64,000 nt of DNA, taken from positions 8,254 to 72,253 of the forward strand of contig CAVXOX010000004.1 of NCBI GenBank assembly GCA_963763535.1, given 5' to 3'. This DNA comes from an uncultured Acidobacteriota bacterium. Lineage in GTDB: Bacteria > Acidobacteriota > Thermoanaerobaculia > UBA5066 > Gp7-AA6. Under the pieces are notes generated by a model. That model was not told the DNA's origin, did no database searches, and saw only the letters and a list, made by a program, of their open reading frames with translations. This document shows positions 9,354 to 19,472 of this stretch, in pieces; within the stretch, counting starts at the first letter, position 1, and each line of letters starts with the position of its first letter. The position numbers and the translations under genes are program-made.

Positions 9354-10432
9354 CGGGACGTCTCCGCCTCGAAGAGCAGTCGCGCGAGGTCGCGCGCGGC
9401 GTCGGGCCGGGCGAGCGCGCGCGCCTTCTGACCCATGGCCGCGAGGCGCGCCCGATCGCCGACGAGGGCGATGATCGTGCCGGCGAGGCTTTCCGCGGTC
9501 AGGTCGTTCTCGGTGATCACGACGGCCGCGCCCGCCTTCTCGAGCGCCCGCGCGTTCTCGAGCTGATGGCCGCCCGCGGCGGCTCCGAACGGGACCAGCA
9601 CGGCGGGGCGGCCCGCCGCCGCGAGCTCGGCGACCGTGAGCGCGCCCGCGCGCGACACCACGAGATCCGCCGCCGCCATCGGCTCCCAGAGGCGGGGCAG
9701 AAACGGCTCGAGCCGCCAGCGCGCCGGGACGCGGTGATAGCGCTGCCGCGTCAAGGTCAGGTCCTTCTCCCCGGTCTGGTGCACCACCTCGAGGTCCGAC
9801 TTCTCGAGCAGCACGGCGGCGCGCGCCATCGCGCGGTTGAGGACCCGTGAGCCCTGGCTGCCGCCGAAGACGAGAACGCGGCGCGAGGCGACCTCGGGGT
9901 CGAGCGGGGGCGCCGCGAAGAACTCGCGCCGCACGGGAGTGCCGGTGACCACGCCCGCACGGCGGAAGTGCCGGTTCGCCGCCGCGAGGCCGACGGCGGT
10001 CCGCGTGGCGAAGCGGTTCAGGAACCGGTTCGCGACCCCGGGGAGGGCGTTGGAGTCGTGGATCAGCGTCGGAATTCCGAGCGCGCGCGCGGCCGTCAGG
10101 ACGGGAAGCGTCACGTAGCCGCCGACGCCGACGACCGCGCGGGCGCGCAGCCGCCGCAGGAGCGCGCGCGACTGCAGGAAGCCCTTCGGGAGGCGGGCGA
10201 GCGAGCGGATCTGCTTGCCGAGGCTCTTGCCGACGAAGCCGGAGGCCTCGACGAGCTCGAGCCGGTATCCGGCGTTCGGAACGATCCGGCCCTCGAGCCC
10301 CTGCGCGGTGCCGACGAACACGATCTCGGCGCCGGCCTTCTGGGCCCGGATCTCGTCGGCGAGCGCGATCCCCGGAATGATGTGGCCCCCCGTTCCGCCG
10401 GCGGCGATCACATATGCGCCGAGCTCGCTCAC
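9350..10432 (-). CDS. murG: Undecaprenyl-PP-MurNAc-pentapeptide GlcNAc transferase
   Basis: GGTGGHIIPG, VGGYV, FGGSQG, SRAGALTVAEL, HQLENA. Confidence 0.97.
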   Translation of the reverse strand: MSELGAYVIAAGGTGGHIIPGIALADEIRAQKAGAEIVFVGTAQGLEGRIVPNAGYRLELVEASGFVGKSLGKQIRSLARLPKGFLQSRALLRRLRARAVVGVGGYVTLPVLTAARALGIPTLIHDSNALPGVANRFLNRFATRTAVGLAAANRHFRRAGVVTGTPVRREFFAAPPLDPEVASRRVLVFGGSQGSRVLNRAMARAAVLLEKSDLEVVHQTGEKDLTLTRQRYHRVPARWRLEPFLPRLWEPMAAADLVVSRAGALTVAELAAAGRPAVLVPFGAAAGGHQLENARALEKAGAAVVITENDLTAESLAGTIIALVGDRARLAAMGQKARALARPDAARDLARLLFEAETSR

Positions 10433-10436
10433 GAAT

Positions 10437-11540
10437 CTATCCCCGCTCGGCCACTTCGTGCTGAGACACGTTCAGGATCAGGCCGCCCGCGATCCACGAC
10501 GCGATCAGCGAGGAGCCGCCGTACGACACGAACGGCAGGGGAATCCCCTTGGTCGGCACGAGCGCGAGGACGACCGAGAGATTGATCGCCGCCTGCACCA
10601 CGATCATCGCCGTCGCGCCGGCGGCGAGGAACGCGGCGAACGCGTCGGGCGCGCGGCGGGCCGCGCGGAGGCCGCGCCAGGCGACGACGCCGAAGCACGC
10701 CACGAGCGCGAGGGCGCCGACGAACCCGAGCTCCTCGCCGACGATCGCGAAGATGAAGTCGGTGTGCGGGAACGGCAGGAAGAAGAGCTTCTGCCGGCTC
10801 CCGCCGAGGCCGTTGCCGAACCATCCGCCGGCGCCGACGGCGATCAGGGACTGGATCGCCTGGAAGCCGCGCCCGAGCGGGTCCGCCTCCGGGTGGAGGA
10901 ACGCGAGGAGCCGCGCGCGGCGGTAATCCGCCGAGAGCAGGAGCGCCGCGAGCACGGGGATCAGCGCGAGCAGCGCGAAGCCGAACCAGCGCGCCCGGAC
11001 GCCGGCGAGCCACAGCAGCACGGCGCAGAGCACGATGTAGCACGCGGCGGTCCCGAGGTCCGGCTGCACGACCACGACGGCCGCGGCGAGGCAGGAGAAG
11101 AAAGCCGCCGGGACGAGGGCGCGCTCCGGGTCTCCGGCCTTCTCGGACTTCCGGGCGAGCTGGTGCGCGAGAAGCAGGACGAGGGCGACCTTCAGGAGCT
11201 CGCCCGGCTGCAGCATCGTCACGCCGAGCGGAATCCACCGCCGGGCGCCGTTGATCGGCGGGCGGAAGAGCGCGAACACGGCGAGCGCCAGGCAGAGGCC
11301 GTAGGAGCCGTACACCACCCAGGGTTTGCCGAACCGCCGGTAGTCGGTCCGGTACACGGCGAATGCGGCGAGACCGCCCAGCGCGAGCGAGGCGATCTGC
11401 TTGAGCAGGTACCGGTACGGGTTCCCCGACGTCTCGCCGGCCGAGACGGCGGAAGCGCTGTAGATCATCACGCAGCCGAAGAGGGAGAGCGCGACGAGCG
11501 CGATGAAGAGGACTTTGTCCGACGCGAGCTTACGGGCCAT
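10437..11540 (-). CDS. ftsW: SEDS peptidoglycan glycosyltransferase FtsW
   Basis: NGARRWI, QPGELLK, QPDLGT, HTDFIFAIVGEELG, PLPFVSYGGSSL. Confidence 0.97.
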   Translation of the reverse strand: MARKLASDKVLFIALVALSLFGCVMIYSASAVSAGETSGNPYRYLLKQIASLALGGLAAFAVYRTDYRRFGKPWVVYGSYGLCLALAVFALFRPPINGARRWIPLGVTMLQPGELLKVALVLLLAHQLARKSEKAGDPERALVPAAFFSCLAAAVVVVQPDLGTAACYIVLCAVLLWLAGVRARWFGFALLALIPVLAALLLSADYRRARLLAFLHPEADPLGRGFQAIQSLIAVGAGGWFGNGLGGSRQKLFFLPFPHTDFIFAIVGEELGFVGALALVACFGVVAWRGLRAARRAPDAFAAFLAAGATAMIVVQAAINLSVVLALVPTKGIPLPFVSYGGSSLIASWIAGGLILNVSQHEVAERG

Positions 11541-12951
11541 GGCGTTGCCCCGACGCTTTCCGGGCGAGCGCCGCGAAGTGGCGGCCCCGCTCCTCGAAAT
11601 TCCGATATTGATCGAACGACGCGCAGGCGGGCGACAGGAGCACCGTGTCGCCCGGCCGCGCGAGGCGGGCCGCGCGCGCGACCGCCTCCCCCATGGTGCC
11701 GCAGGCCTCGACCCGCGTCGTTCCCTCGAGCGCGCGCTCGATCGCGGTCGCGGCCTCGCCGATCGTGAACACGGTGCGCGCCGTGGCGCGCACGACGTCG
11801 CGAAGCGCCGAAAAATCGCCGTGCTTGTCGCGCCCGCCCAGGATGAGGAGCACGCTCTCGGGCGGCCGTCCCTCGAGCGACTTCGCCGTCGCATCGACGT
11901 TCGTGCCCTTCGAGTCGTCCACCCAGCGGATGCCGGCCGACTCCGCCACCAGCTGGCTGCGGTGCGGCAGCCCCTCGAAGCCCGTCAGCCCGTCGACGAT
12001 GGCGGCCTCGGGCACGCGGAGGCACGCGGCCGCGGCGAGCGCGGCGAGCGCGTTCTCGAGGTTGTGCGCGCCCGGGAGGGCCACGCGGTCCGCCGCCAGG
12101 ACGGCGCGGGCCGGGCCGCCGACGTCGCAGCGGAGTGCCCCGTCCTCGAGCCACGCCGCCGAGCCGGCACGGCGCGGACGCCCGCGCCGTGAGAAGAGCA
12201 CGCGCCGCCCGCGCGTCGGCACCGTCGGCGCGACGGCGTCGTCGGCATGGAGGACCGCGAAGTCGTTCGCCTCCTGCCGCGCGAACAGGCGCGCCTTCGC
12301 CGCCGCGTAGGCCTCGAAGTCGGCATGGCGATCGAGATGATCCGGAGTCACGTTCGTCAGGACCGCGACGTGCGGGCGGAATCGCTCGACGGCCTCGAGC
12401 TGGAACGACGACACCTCGAGGACGAAGTCGCGCGGGCCTTCGCCGTCGAGAAAGCCCGATAGCGGCGCCCCGATGTTGCCCGCGAGCACCGCGGGCCGGC
12501 CCGCGCGCTTGAGGATCTCTGCGATCCAGGTGGTCGTCGTCGACTTCCCGTTGGTGCCCGTGACCGCGATCCAGCGGTGCGTCCCCGGCGCCTCCGTCTC
12601 GGCGATGCGCCAGGCGACCTCGAGCTCCGAGAGGACCGGGATGCCGCGCCGCCGCGCCTCGACGACCGCGGGGACGGACAGGGGCACGCCCGGCGAGACG
12701 GCGAGCCAGCCCGCGCCGTCGAGGAACTCCGGCGCCGGACCGCCGAAGAAGAACGCGACACCGCGGCCCGCGAGGGCCTCGAGCTCCTCGAACTCGGCTC
12801 TCGCGCGGCTGTCGCCGACCGCCACGGAGACGCCGCGCGCCACGAGGGCCTCCGCCAGGGCGCGCCCGCTGCGGGCGAACCCGAGCACGGCGACGCGGCT
12901 CGGAAGCTCCCGCGCGGCCGGACGTCGCTGGTCTGCCATCGACTTCGTCAT
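11530..12951 (-). CDS. murD: UDP-MurNAc-L-Ala--D-glutamate ligase
   Basis: VTGTNGKSTT, EVSSFQLE, PDHLDRH, DDSKGTN, LSPACASFDQY. Start ATG12951 or ATG12939. Confidence 0.97.
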   Translation of the reverse strand: MTKSMADQRRPAARELPSRVAVLGFARSGRALAEALVARGVSVAVGDSRARAEFEELEALAGRGVAFFFGGPAPEFLDGAGWLAVSPGVPLSVPAVVEARRRGIPVLSELEVAWRIAETEAPGTHRWIAVTGTNGKSTTTTWIAEILKRAGRPAVLAGNIGAPLSGFLDGEGPRDFVLEVSSFQLEAVERFRPHVAVLTNVTPDHLDRHADFEAYAAAKARLFARQEANDFAVLHADDAVAPTVPTRGRRVLFSRRGRPRRAGSAAWLEDGALRCDVGGPARAVLAADRVALPGAHNLENALAALAAAACLRVPEAAIVDGLTGFEGLPHRSQLVAESAGIRWVDDSKGTNVDATAKSLEGRPPESVLLILGGRDKHGDFSALRDVVRATARTVFTIGEAATAIERALEGTTRVEACGTMGEAVARAARLARPGDTVLLSPACASFDQYRNFEERGRHFAALARKASGQRHGP

Positions 12952-14033
12952 CGCAGCTTCAGCGTCGAGAGCCCCAGCACGGCGAACAGGATCGCTAGAA
13001 TCCAGAAGCGGATGATCACGCGCGACTCCGCCCAGCCCAGGAGCTCGAAGTGGTGGTGCAGCGGCGCCATCTTGAAGATGCGCCTGCCGGTCGTCTGGAA
13101 TGAGGCGACCTGGAGGATCACCGACAGGGCCTCGATGACGAAGAGGCCGCCCACGATCGCGAGGAGGATCTCCTGCTTCGTCATCACCGCCACGGCCGCG
13201 ATGGCCGCGCCGAGCGGGAGCGCGCCGACGTCTCCCATGAAGACGTCCGCGGGGTGGCAGTTGAACCACAGGAAGCCGAGCGCGGCGCCGACGAGGGCGC
13301 CGCAGAAGACCGCGAGCTCCCCCGACTGCGGGATGAACGGGATCTGGAGATAGCGCGCCGCGACCGCGTTCCCGGTGACGTAGGCGAGCACCGCGTAGGT
13401 TCCGGCGGCGATCCCCACCGCCCCCGTCGCGAGGCCGTCGAGCCCGTCGGTCAGGTTGACCGCGTTCGAGGAACCCACGACGACGAGCGCCACGAACGGG
13501 ATGTACAGGATCCCGAGGTCCGGCAGCACGCGCTTCAGGAACGGGACCGTGATCACCGTCGAGATCGCGCCGTGGCCGGCCCACTGCTGGATCGCGAAGG
13601 CGACCGCGAACGCCACGAGGAACTGCGGCACGAGCTTTCCACGGCCGGTCAGTCCGAGCGACCGGCGCTTCGTGACCTTCGTCCAGTCGTCCGCGAACCC
13701 CACGGCGCCGACGCCGACTAATGTCGCGAGCGCGATCCAGACGAAGCGGTTCGACAGGTCCATCCAGAGGACGGTCGCCGCCACGACGGCGAGGAGGATG
13801 AGCAGGCCGCCCATCGTGGGCGTGCCCGCCTTCGCGAGGTGCGTCCGCGGCCCTTCTTCGCGGATCGACTGGCCGATCTGGGCCTTCCGCAGCCAGCGGA
13901 TCATCGCGGGGCCGAGCACCAGCGCGAGCGCGAGCGCGGTCACGGCCGACATCGCGGTGCGGAACGTGATGTACCGAAAGACGTTGAAGACCGGGAAGCG
14001 CGCCGCGAGCGGATAGAGCAGCCGGTACAGCAC
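12948..14033 (-). CDS. mraY: Phospho-N-acetylmuramoyl-pentapeptide transferase
   Basis: KAGTPTMGG, NAVNLTDGLDGLA, FMGDVG, MAPLHHHFE; GTG start at 14033. Confidence 0.98.
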   Translation of the reverse strand: MLYRLLYPLAARFPVFNVFRYITFRTAMSAVTALALALVLGPAMIRWLRKAQIGQSIREEGPRTHLAKAGTPTMGGLLILLAVVAATVLWMDLSNRFVWIALATLVGVGAVGFADDWTKVTKRRSLGLTGRGKLVPQFLVAFAVAFAIQQWAGHGAISTVITVPFLKRVLPDLGILYIPFVALVVVGSSNAVNLTDGLDGLATGAVGIAAGTYAVLAYVTGNAVAARYLQIPFIPQSGELAVFCGALVGAALGFLWFNCHPADVFMGDVGALPLGAAIAAVAVMTKQEILLAIVGGLFVIEALSVILQVASFQTTGRRIFKMAPLHHHFELLGWAESRVIIRFWILAILFAVLGLSTLKLR

Positions 14034-14034
14034 G

Positions 14035-15399
14035 TCAGCGCTCCGGCGCGAGCAGCGCCACGGCGCGCTCGAGGCCGACGCCCCGCGACGCCTTGAACAG
14101 CGCCGCGTCCCCCGCCGCGAGGAGTCCCGCGAGCAGGTCCGCGGCCTCCTCGACGTTGGCGACGCGGCGCACCGCGCTCTCGGGCAGGCCGGCGCCGACC
14201 GCGCCCTCGCCGTAGAGCGGCGCGCGGGCGCCCACGCACACGAGAAGATCGGCGCGGCCGAACGCCGCGGCGCCCGCCTCGCGGTGCCAGCGGTCCTCGT
14301 CCGGCCCGAGCTCCAGCATGTCACCGAGCACCGCGATGCGCCGGCGGGCGGGCAGCGCCGCGAGCGTCTCGAGCGCCGCCCGCATCGACGCGGGATTCGC
14401 GTTGTAGGCGTCGTCGTAGAGGAGCGCGCCCGACGCGTGCCGCCGGACCTCGCCGCGGTGCGCGGCGGGGCGCAGCGTCTCGGCCGCGGCCGCGCACTCG
14501 GCCGGCGGCACCCCGACGGCATGGCCGATCGCGGCGGCGGCGAGGAAGTTCGAGACCTGGTGCGCGCCGGGCAGCGGCAGGCGCACGGGCGCCTCGCCCG
14601 CCGGCGTCGCGAGCACGAAGCGACTGCCTTCGGGCTCGGCGGCGACCCCACGGGCGGTGACGTCGGCGCCCGCGCCGCGGCCGAACCGGAGCACGCGGCC
14701 GCGGTGACGCGCCGCGATCGCGGCCACGCGCGGATCGTCGGCGTTCGCGACGAACGTCCCGCCCGGCTTGAGCCCCTCGAGGATCTCGGCTTTGCCGTCG
14801 GCAATCGCGTCGACCGACGCGAAGTACTGGAGGTGCGCGGCCGCGACGAGGAGAATCGCCGCCACGTCCGGCTCGAAGGCCCGGGAGAGCGTCGCCAGAT
14901 TGCCGGCCTCGGAGAGGCCCATCTCGCCGACCATCCATTCCGGAACGCGCGGCAGGTTCATCACCGACATCGGAAAGCCGATCTGGCTGTTCTGGTTGCC
15001 CGGGGTCTTCTCGACGGCGAAGCGGCGCGCGAGGACGGCGGCGGCGAAGTCCTTCGTAGTGGTCTTGCCGGCGGAGCCCGTGATCGCGGCGAGGCGGAAC
15101 CCCGCCGACTTCTTCGTCGCGGCCGCGAGCCGCAGCAGCGCGGCCACCGGCTGATGCACGAGGACGGCGGGAAACTCCGCCGGGAGATCGGCCGGTCGCC
15201 GCTCGCCGAGGAGGGCCGCCGCGCCCCGGGCGGCCGCGTCGCGCGCGTAGTCGTGGCCGTCGACACGCGCTCCCCGGATCGCCACGAAGAGATCGCCCGG
15301 CCGCGCCTGGCGTGAGTCGACCGCGACGCCGGTCAGGGCCACAGCGCCCTCCGCGGGGGCGCCCGCCGCGGCCGCGACCGCCGCGAGGTCGAACCTCAC
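14035..15399 (-). CDS. murF: UDP-MurNAc-tripeptide--D-Ala-D-Ala ligase
   Basis: DSRQ...GDLFVAI...DGHDY, ITGSAGKTTTKD, DDAYNANPASM, LGDMLELG, KASRG. Confidence 0.96.
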   Translation of the reverse strand: MRFDLAAVAAAAGAPAEGAVALTGVAVDSRQARPGDLFVAIRGARVDGHDYARDAAARGAAALLGERRPADLPAEFPAVLVHQPVAALLRLAAATKKSAGFRLAAITGSAGKTTTKDFAAAVLARRFAVEKTPGNQNSQIGFPMSVMNLPRVPEWMVGEMGLSEAGNLATLSRAFEPDVAAILLVAAAHLQYFASVDAIADGKAEILEGLKPGGTFVANADDPRVAAIAARHRGRVLRFGRGAGADVTARGVAAEPEGSRFVLATPAGEAPVRLPLPGAHQVSNFLAAAAIGHAVGVPPAECAAAAETLRPAAHRGEVRRHASGALLYDDAYNANPASMRAALETLAALPARRRIAVLGDMLELGPDEDRWHREAGAAAFGRADLLVCVGARAPLYGEGAVGAGLPESAVRRVANVEEAADLLAGLLAAGDAALFKASRGVGLERAVALLAPER

Positions 15400-16859
15400 G
15401 CGATCCCCGCGAGCTCGGCGGCCACGCGCCGGTCGTCGAACGGATGCTCGACGCCGCCGACCACCTGCGTCGTCTCGTGGCCCTTGCCGGCGATGACCAC
15501 CACGGTGCGAGCGTCGGCCGCGGCGATCGCCTCGCGGATCGCCTCGCGGCGGTCCGGGATCGAGCGCCAGCGCGCGTCGCCGGAGGCCGCGAGGCCGACC
15601 TCCACCTCGCCGAGGATCCGTTTCGGGTCCTCCGAGCGCGGGTTGTCCGAGGTCGCGATCGCGAGGTCGGCGAGCCGTCCGGCGATCTCGCCCATCGGCG
15701 CGCGCTTGCCGCGGTCGCGGTCGCCGCCGCAGCCGAAGACGAGCACGAGACGCTTGTCGGTCAGCTCGCGCACCGCCGAGAGGAGGCGCTCGAGCGCGTC
15801 GGGCGTGTGGGCGTAGTCGACCAGGATCGGGAAAGCCTGGCCCGCGTCGACCGGCTCGAGGCGCCCCGGCACGCGCGACACGCCCGCGATCGCCGCGGCG
15901 ACGTCGGACGGGTCGACGCCGAGACGAAGACCGGCCGCGGCCGCGGCCGCGATATTGGAGGCCTGGAAGCGGCCGAGGAGCGGCGAGCGGATCCCGAGCC
16001 GGCCGCCGGCGTGCGCGAGATCGAAGGCCACGCCGCGCAGGTCGCACCGCACGTCTTCGGCGCGGAAGTCCGCGTCGGCGCCCGCGGCCGAGAAGCTCGC
16101 GAGCGGCGGCGGGACCTCGGCGAGCAGGCGCCGGCCGTAGGGGTCGTCCGCGTTCACGATGCCCGGCGCGCCGGGCTTTCGCAGCGCGAAGAGCCGGCGC
16201 TTCGCGGCGTAGTAGGACTCCATGTCGCCGTGGAAGTCGAGATGATCGCGCGTCAGGTTCGTGAAGACGACGGCGTCGAAGCGGCAGCCGTCCACGCGCT
16301 CGAGCGCGAGCGCATGAGACGAGACCTCCATCGCCGCGGCCTTCGCCCCGTCCTCGAGCATCTCGGCGAGCATCCCCTGGATCACGGGAGCCTCGGGCGT
16401 GGTGCGGTCGGCCTCGTGCGCGCGCCGCGGCGTGCGATAGCCGATCGTCCCGAGAAACCCCGCGGCGCCGTAGCGCTTCGCGAGGATCGCCTCGAGGAGC
16501 TGCGTCGTCGACGTCTTCCCGTTCGTTCCCGTCACTCCCGCCAGGACGAGGCGCTCGGCGGGATCGCCGCAGAGCCGCGCGGCGACGAGGGCCAGCGCGC
16601 GGCGAGGCGCGTCGACCGCGATCCACGGGACCGTCGCGCCGTCGGGCGCGGGGCGGTCGGACACCACGGCGACCGCGCCGCGGCGGATCGCGTCGGGCAC
16701 GTGCGCGAGCCCGTCGGTCTTCGCGCCGCGCAGCGCGAAGAAGAGGTCGCCGGGCCGAACGAGCCGCGAGTCGACCGCGGCCCGCGCGACCTCGATGTCC
16801 CGCGCGGAAGGGATCTTCCCGGCGCCCGGCAGGACGGGGGCGAGGTCCATCAGCCTCAC
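15396..16859 (-). CDS. murE: UDP-MurNAc-dipeptide--meso-diaminopimelate ligase
   Basis: VTGTNGKTS, MEVSSHAL, FTNLTRDHLDFH, VDYAHTPD, SDNPR (mDAP-type), AGKGHE. Confidence 0.97.
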   Translation of the reverse strand: MRLMDLAPVLPGAGKIPSARDIEVARAAVDSRLVRPGDLFFALRGAKTDGLAHVPDAIRRGAVAVVSDRPAPDGATVPWIAVDAPRRALALVAARLCGDPAERLVLAGVTGTNGKTSTTQLLEAILAKRYGAAGFLGTIGYRTPRRAHEADRTTPEAPVIQGMLAEMLEDGAKAAAMEVSSHALALERVDGCRFDAVVFTNLTRDHLDFHGDMESYYAAKRRLFALRKPGAPGIVNADDPYGRRLLAEVPPPLASFSAAGADADFRAEDVRCDLRGVAFDLAHAGGRLGIRSPLLGRFQASNIAAAAAAGLRLGVDPSDVAAAIAGVSRVPGRLEPVDAGQAFPILVDYAHTPDALERLLSAVRELTDKRLVLVFGCGGDRDRGKRAPMGEIAGRLADLAIATSDNPRSEDPKRILGEVEVGLAASGDARWRSIPDRREAIREAIAAADARTVVVIAGKGHETTQVVGGVEHPFDDRRVAAELAGIA

Positions 16860-18895
16860 GGAGCCGAGGGAGCCGGTGCCGCTTCCTCCGCGCGGCGTCC
16901 TCCCGCCCGGGAGGGCGACGCAGTGCTGTCGGCCAGAAAGAGGGTGTGCACCGCCCCCGGCCGGATGGGCGAGCCGGCCGGAGGATCCTGAGCGACGACG
17001 AAGCCGGTTCCCTGGAGACGCGCGAGGACGCCCAGCCGCGCGAACGCCGCGAGGGCCTCGCGCGCCGACATTCCGATCGCGCTCGGCGTGCGGTCGTCGG
17101 CGAGCGCGCCGTCGAGACCGGGCGCGGCGCGCCGGGAGGCGGGCATCACGCCGGCCGCGTAGGTCGTCGCCGCGCGAGGCGCGGCCTCGGCCAGGACCGT
17201 GGCGGGAACGCGCTGCTCGCGGGGCGCCACACGGAGGATGCCGAGAGCCTGGGACATCACGCGCGAGAACAGGGGCGCCGCCACGTCGGCCGCATAGTAC
17301 TTGCCCTGGGGCTCCTCGAGCACGACCACCGCGACGCAGCGCGGCGCGTCGGCCGGGGCGAACCCGGCGAAGTTCGGCACGTGCCGTCCGGCCTGGTAGC
17401 CGCCGACGCCCGCCTTCTGCGCGGTCCCCGTCTTGCCGGCGACGGCGAAGCCGGGCACGGCCGCCTTCAGACCGGTCCCATGCTCGACGACGCCGACGAG
17501 AATGCGGCCGATCGCACGGGCCGTGGACTCCGAGACGACGCGGACCGGCGGCGCCACCGGCACCGGACGCACGGCGCCGCCCGGCTCGACGATCTTCGTC
17601 ACGACGTGGGGCTGCACGAGGAGCCCTCCGTTGGCGATCACGGCCGTGATCCGGGCGAGCTGCAGCGCGTTGAGGGACACCTCCTGCCCCATCGAGATCT
17701 CCGCGTTCGAGAGCGCCGACCAGCGCGGGAGCGGCCGGAAGATGCCGGTGTTCTCGCCCGGCAGGTCGATGCCCGTCGAGAGACCCACGCCGAAGGCGCG
17801 CGCGCCGTCGTACAGCCGCCGCGGGCCGAGGCGCAGCCCCACGCGGATGATGCCGATGTTCGAGGAGTGCTCGAAGATGCCGCCGAGGGTGAGCGCGCCG
17901 TAGCGGTGCCGGTCGGCCTCCTGGATCGTCGTGTTCGCGACGCGGATCGTGCCGTCGCCCGTGTCGATCACCTCGTCGAGAGAGACGATGCCCTGGTCGA
18001 GGGCGACGGACCCGGTCACGATCTTGAACGTCGAGCCGGGCTCGTACGTGTCCGCGATCGCGCGGTTGCGGCGGTCGTCGGGCGAATAGCGCGCGAACTC
18101 GTTGGGGTCGAAGTCCGGGGCCGACGCCATCGCGAGGATCTCGCCGTTCCAGGGGTCGAGGACGACGACGCTGCCCGACCGCGCGCGGTGCTCCGTCATC
18201 GACGCGGCGAGCTCCCGCTCCGCCGCGAACTGGACGCCCGAGTCGATCGAGAGGACGAGCGAGGCGCCCTCCTGCGCGGGGCGGCTGCTCGCGGCCTCGG
18301 CCTCGCCGTAACGGCTGCGGCGGGCGTCCGTCAGCGCGATGATCTCGCCCGGCTTGCCGCGGACGGTCTTGTCGTAGAGATGCTCGAGCCCGGCGAGGCC
18401 CGAGTCGTCCGTGCCGACGAAGCCGAGCATCGAGGACGCGAGGTGGCCCTTGGGGTAGAAGCGGCGCGGCTCCGCGACCAGGTGGATGCCGGCGAGCTTC
18501 AGCGCGCGCACGCGTTCGCCGGCCGCGGCGTCGATCTGCCGCTTGACCCACGTGAATCCGCGCTCGGAGGTCAGCTTCTCCTGCACGTCCGGCGCCGGCA
18601 TGCCCAGGAGCGGCGCGAGCGCCTGCGCGGCGGCGCGGGGATCCTGGAGCTCGTCGGGAATCGCGTACACCGACGCCGCCTCCACCGACACGGCGAGCTC
18701 CCGGCCCTCCCGGTCGAGGATCGATCCCCGCGAGCCCTTGATCTCGATGCGCCGCTCCTGCTGGCGCTGCGCGCGCGCGCGATACTTCGAACCCTGCGCG
18801 ATCTGCACCTGCACGAGCCGCCCGACCACGACGCCGGCCCAGAGCAGGAGGAACAGCGCGAAGAGCCGGGTCCGGCCGCGGCGGAGGGCGTTCAT
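16856..18895 (-). CDS. ftsI: Class B penicillin-binding protein (FtsI/PBP3) with C-terminal PASTA-like domain
   Basis: RGSILDREG, EPGSTFK (SxxK), HSSN (SxN), GKTGTAQK; position in dcw cluster. Confidence 0.95.
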   Translation of the reverse strand: MNALRRGRTRLFALFLLLWAGVVVGRLVQVQIAQGSKYRARAQRQQERRIEIKGSRGSILDREGRELAVSVEAASVYAIPDELQDPRAAAQALAPLLGMPAPDVQEKLTSERGFTWVKRQIDAAAGERVRALKLAGIHLVAEPRRFYPKGHLASSMLGFVGTDDSGLAGLEHLYDKTVRGKPGEIIALTDARRSRYGEAEAASSRPAQEGASLVLSIDSGVQFAAERELAASMTEHRARSGSVVVLDPWNGEILAMASAPDFDPNEFARYSPDDRRNRAIADTYEPGSTFKIVTGSVALDQGIVSLDEVIDTGDGTIRVANTTIQEADRHRYGALTLGGIFEHSSNIGIIRVGLRLGPRRLYDGARAFGVGLSTGIDLPGENTGIFRPLPRWSALSNAEISMGQEVSLNALQLARITAVIANGGLLVQPHVVTKIVEPGGAVRPVPVAPPVRVVSESTARAIGRILVGVVEHGTGLKAAVPGFAVAGKTGTAQKAGVGGYQAGRHVPNFAGFAPADAPRCVAVVVLEEPQGKYYAADVAAPLFSRVMSQALGILRVAPREQRVPATVLAEAAPRAATTYAAGVMPASRRAAPGLDGALADDRTPSAIGMSAREALAAFARLGVLARLQGTGFVVAQDPPAGSPIRPGAVHTLFLADSTASPSRAGGRRAEEAAPAPSAP

Positions 18896-18941
18896 GGACG
18901 GGCCCGTCGCGGCGCGCAGCGCCGGATACAAGAAAACGACA

Positions 18942-18978
18942 CCCCTCTCCCTCCGGGAGAGGGGGTAGGGGTGAGGGG
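18942..18978. repeat. REP-like palindromic element (CCCTCTCCC...GGGAGAGGG type)
   Basis: CCCCTCTCCC-TCC-GGGAGAGGGG followed by GTAGGGGTGAGGGG in the ftsL-ftsI spacer. Confidence 0.65.
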
Positions 18979-18994
18979 TCGATCCGCCACGCCA

Positions 18995-19363
18995 TCAGCG
19001 TCCCTTCCCATCCGGCGCAAGCGCCGCCGGCGTCTCGACGTACTGGATCTGTCCCGGGTGCGGTGGACGCAATCCCTTGCGCTGCGCGAGCGACGTCACC
19101 CGGTCGGGCGCCGACGCCCGGCCGAGCTCGGCGCGCAGCCGGCGGTTCTCCTCGGTCAGATCCGAGATCGTCGCCTGCCGCGCCTCACGCAGGTAGCCGA
19201 CACGCACCGTCTCGATGTGGAGGGCCGCATAGCCCAGGAGCGCGCACGCGACGGGGAGACCGGCGAGCACGAAGGTCGCGAGCTCCCGGCCGCGGCGCCG
19301 GTCCCGCTCCCGCGTGAGGTGCAGGTTCTCGACTCGCTTGGAGTGGGCGTACGAAGTGCTCAT
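18995..19363 (-). CDS. ftsL: Cell division protein FtsL
   Basis: Short basic cytoplasmic part, one TM, coiled coil, GLRPP..GQI end; between rsmH and ftsI. Confidence 0.88.
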   Translation of the reverse strand: MSTSYAHSKRVENLHLTRERDRRRGRELATFVLAGLPVACALLGYAALHIETVRVGYLREARQATISDLTEENRRLRAELGRASAPDRVTSLAQRKGLRPPHPGQIQYVETPAALAPDGKGR

Positions 19364-19375
19364 GCGATCCCCACC

Positions 19376-19462
19376 GTCATCCCGAGGAGCGAAGTGACGA
19401 GGGATCCCTTTCCGAGCCGTGGTCGCGGCTTCAAAGGGATCCCTCGCTGCGCTCGGGATGAC
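19376..19462. repeat. REP/MITE-like inverted-repeat element (GTCATCCCGAG...CTCGGGATGAC)
   Basis: 11-bp terminal inverted repeat plus inner inverted repeat CGAGGGATCCCTT/AAGGGATCCCTCG in the rsmH-ftsL spacer. Confidence 0.75.
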
Positions 19463-19472
19463 ATGAGGATCA

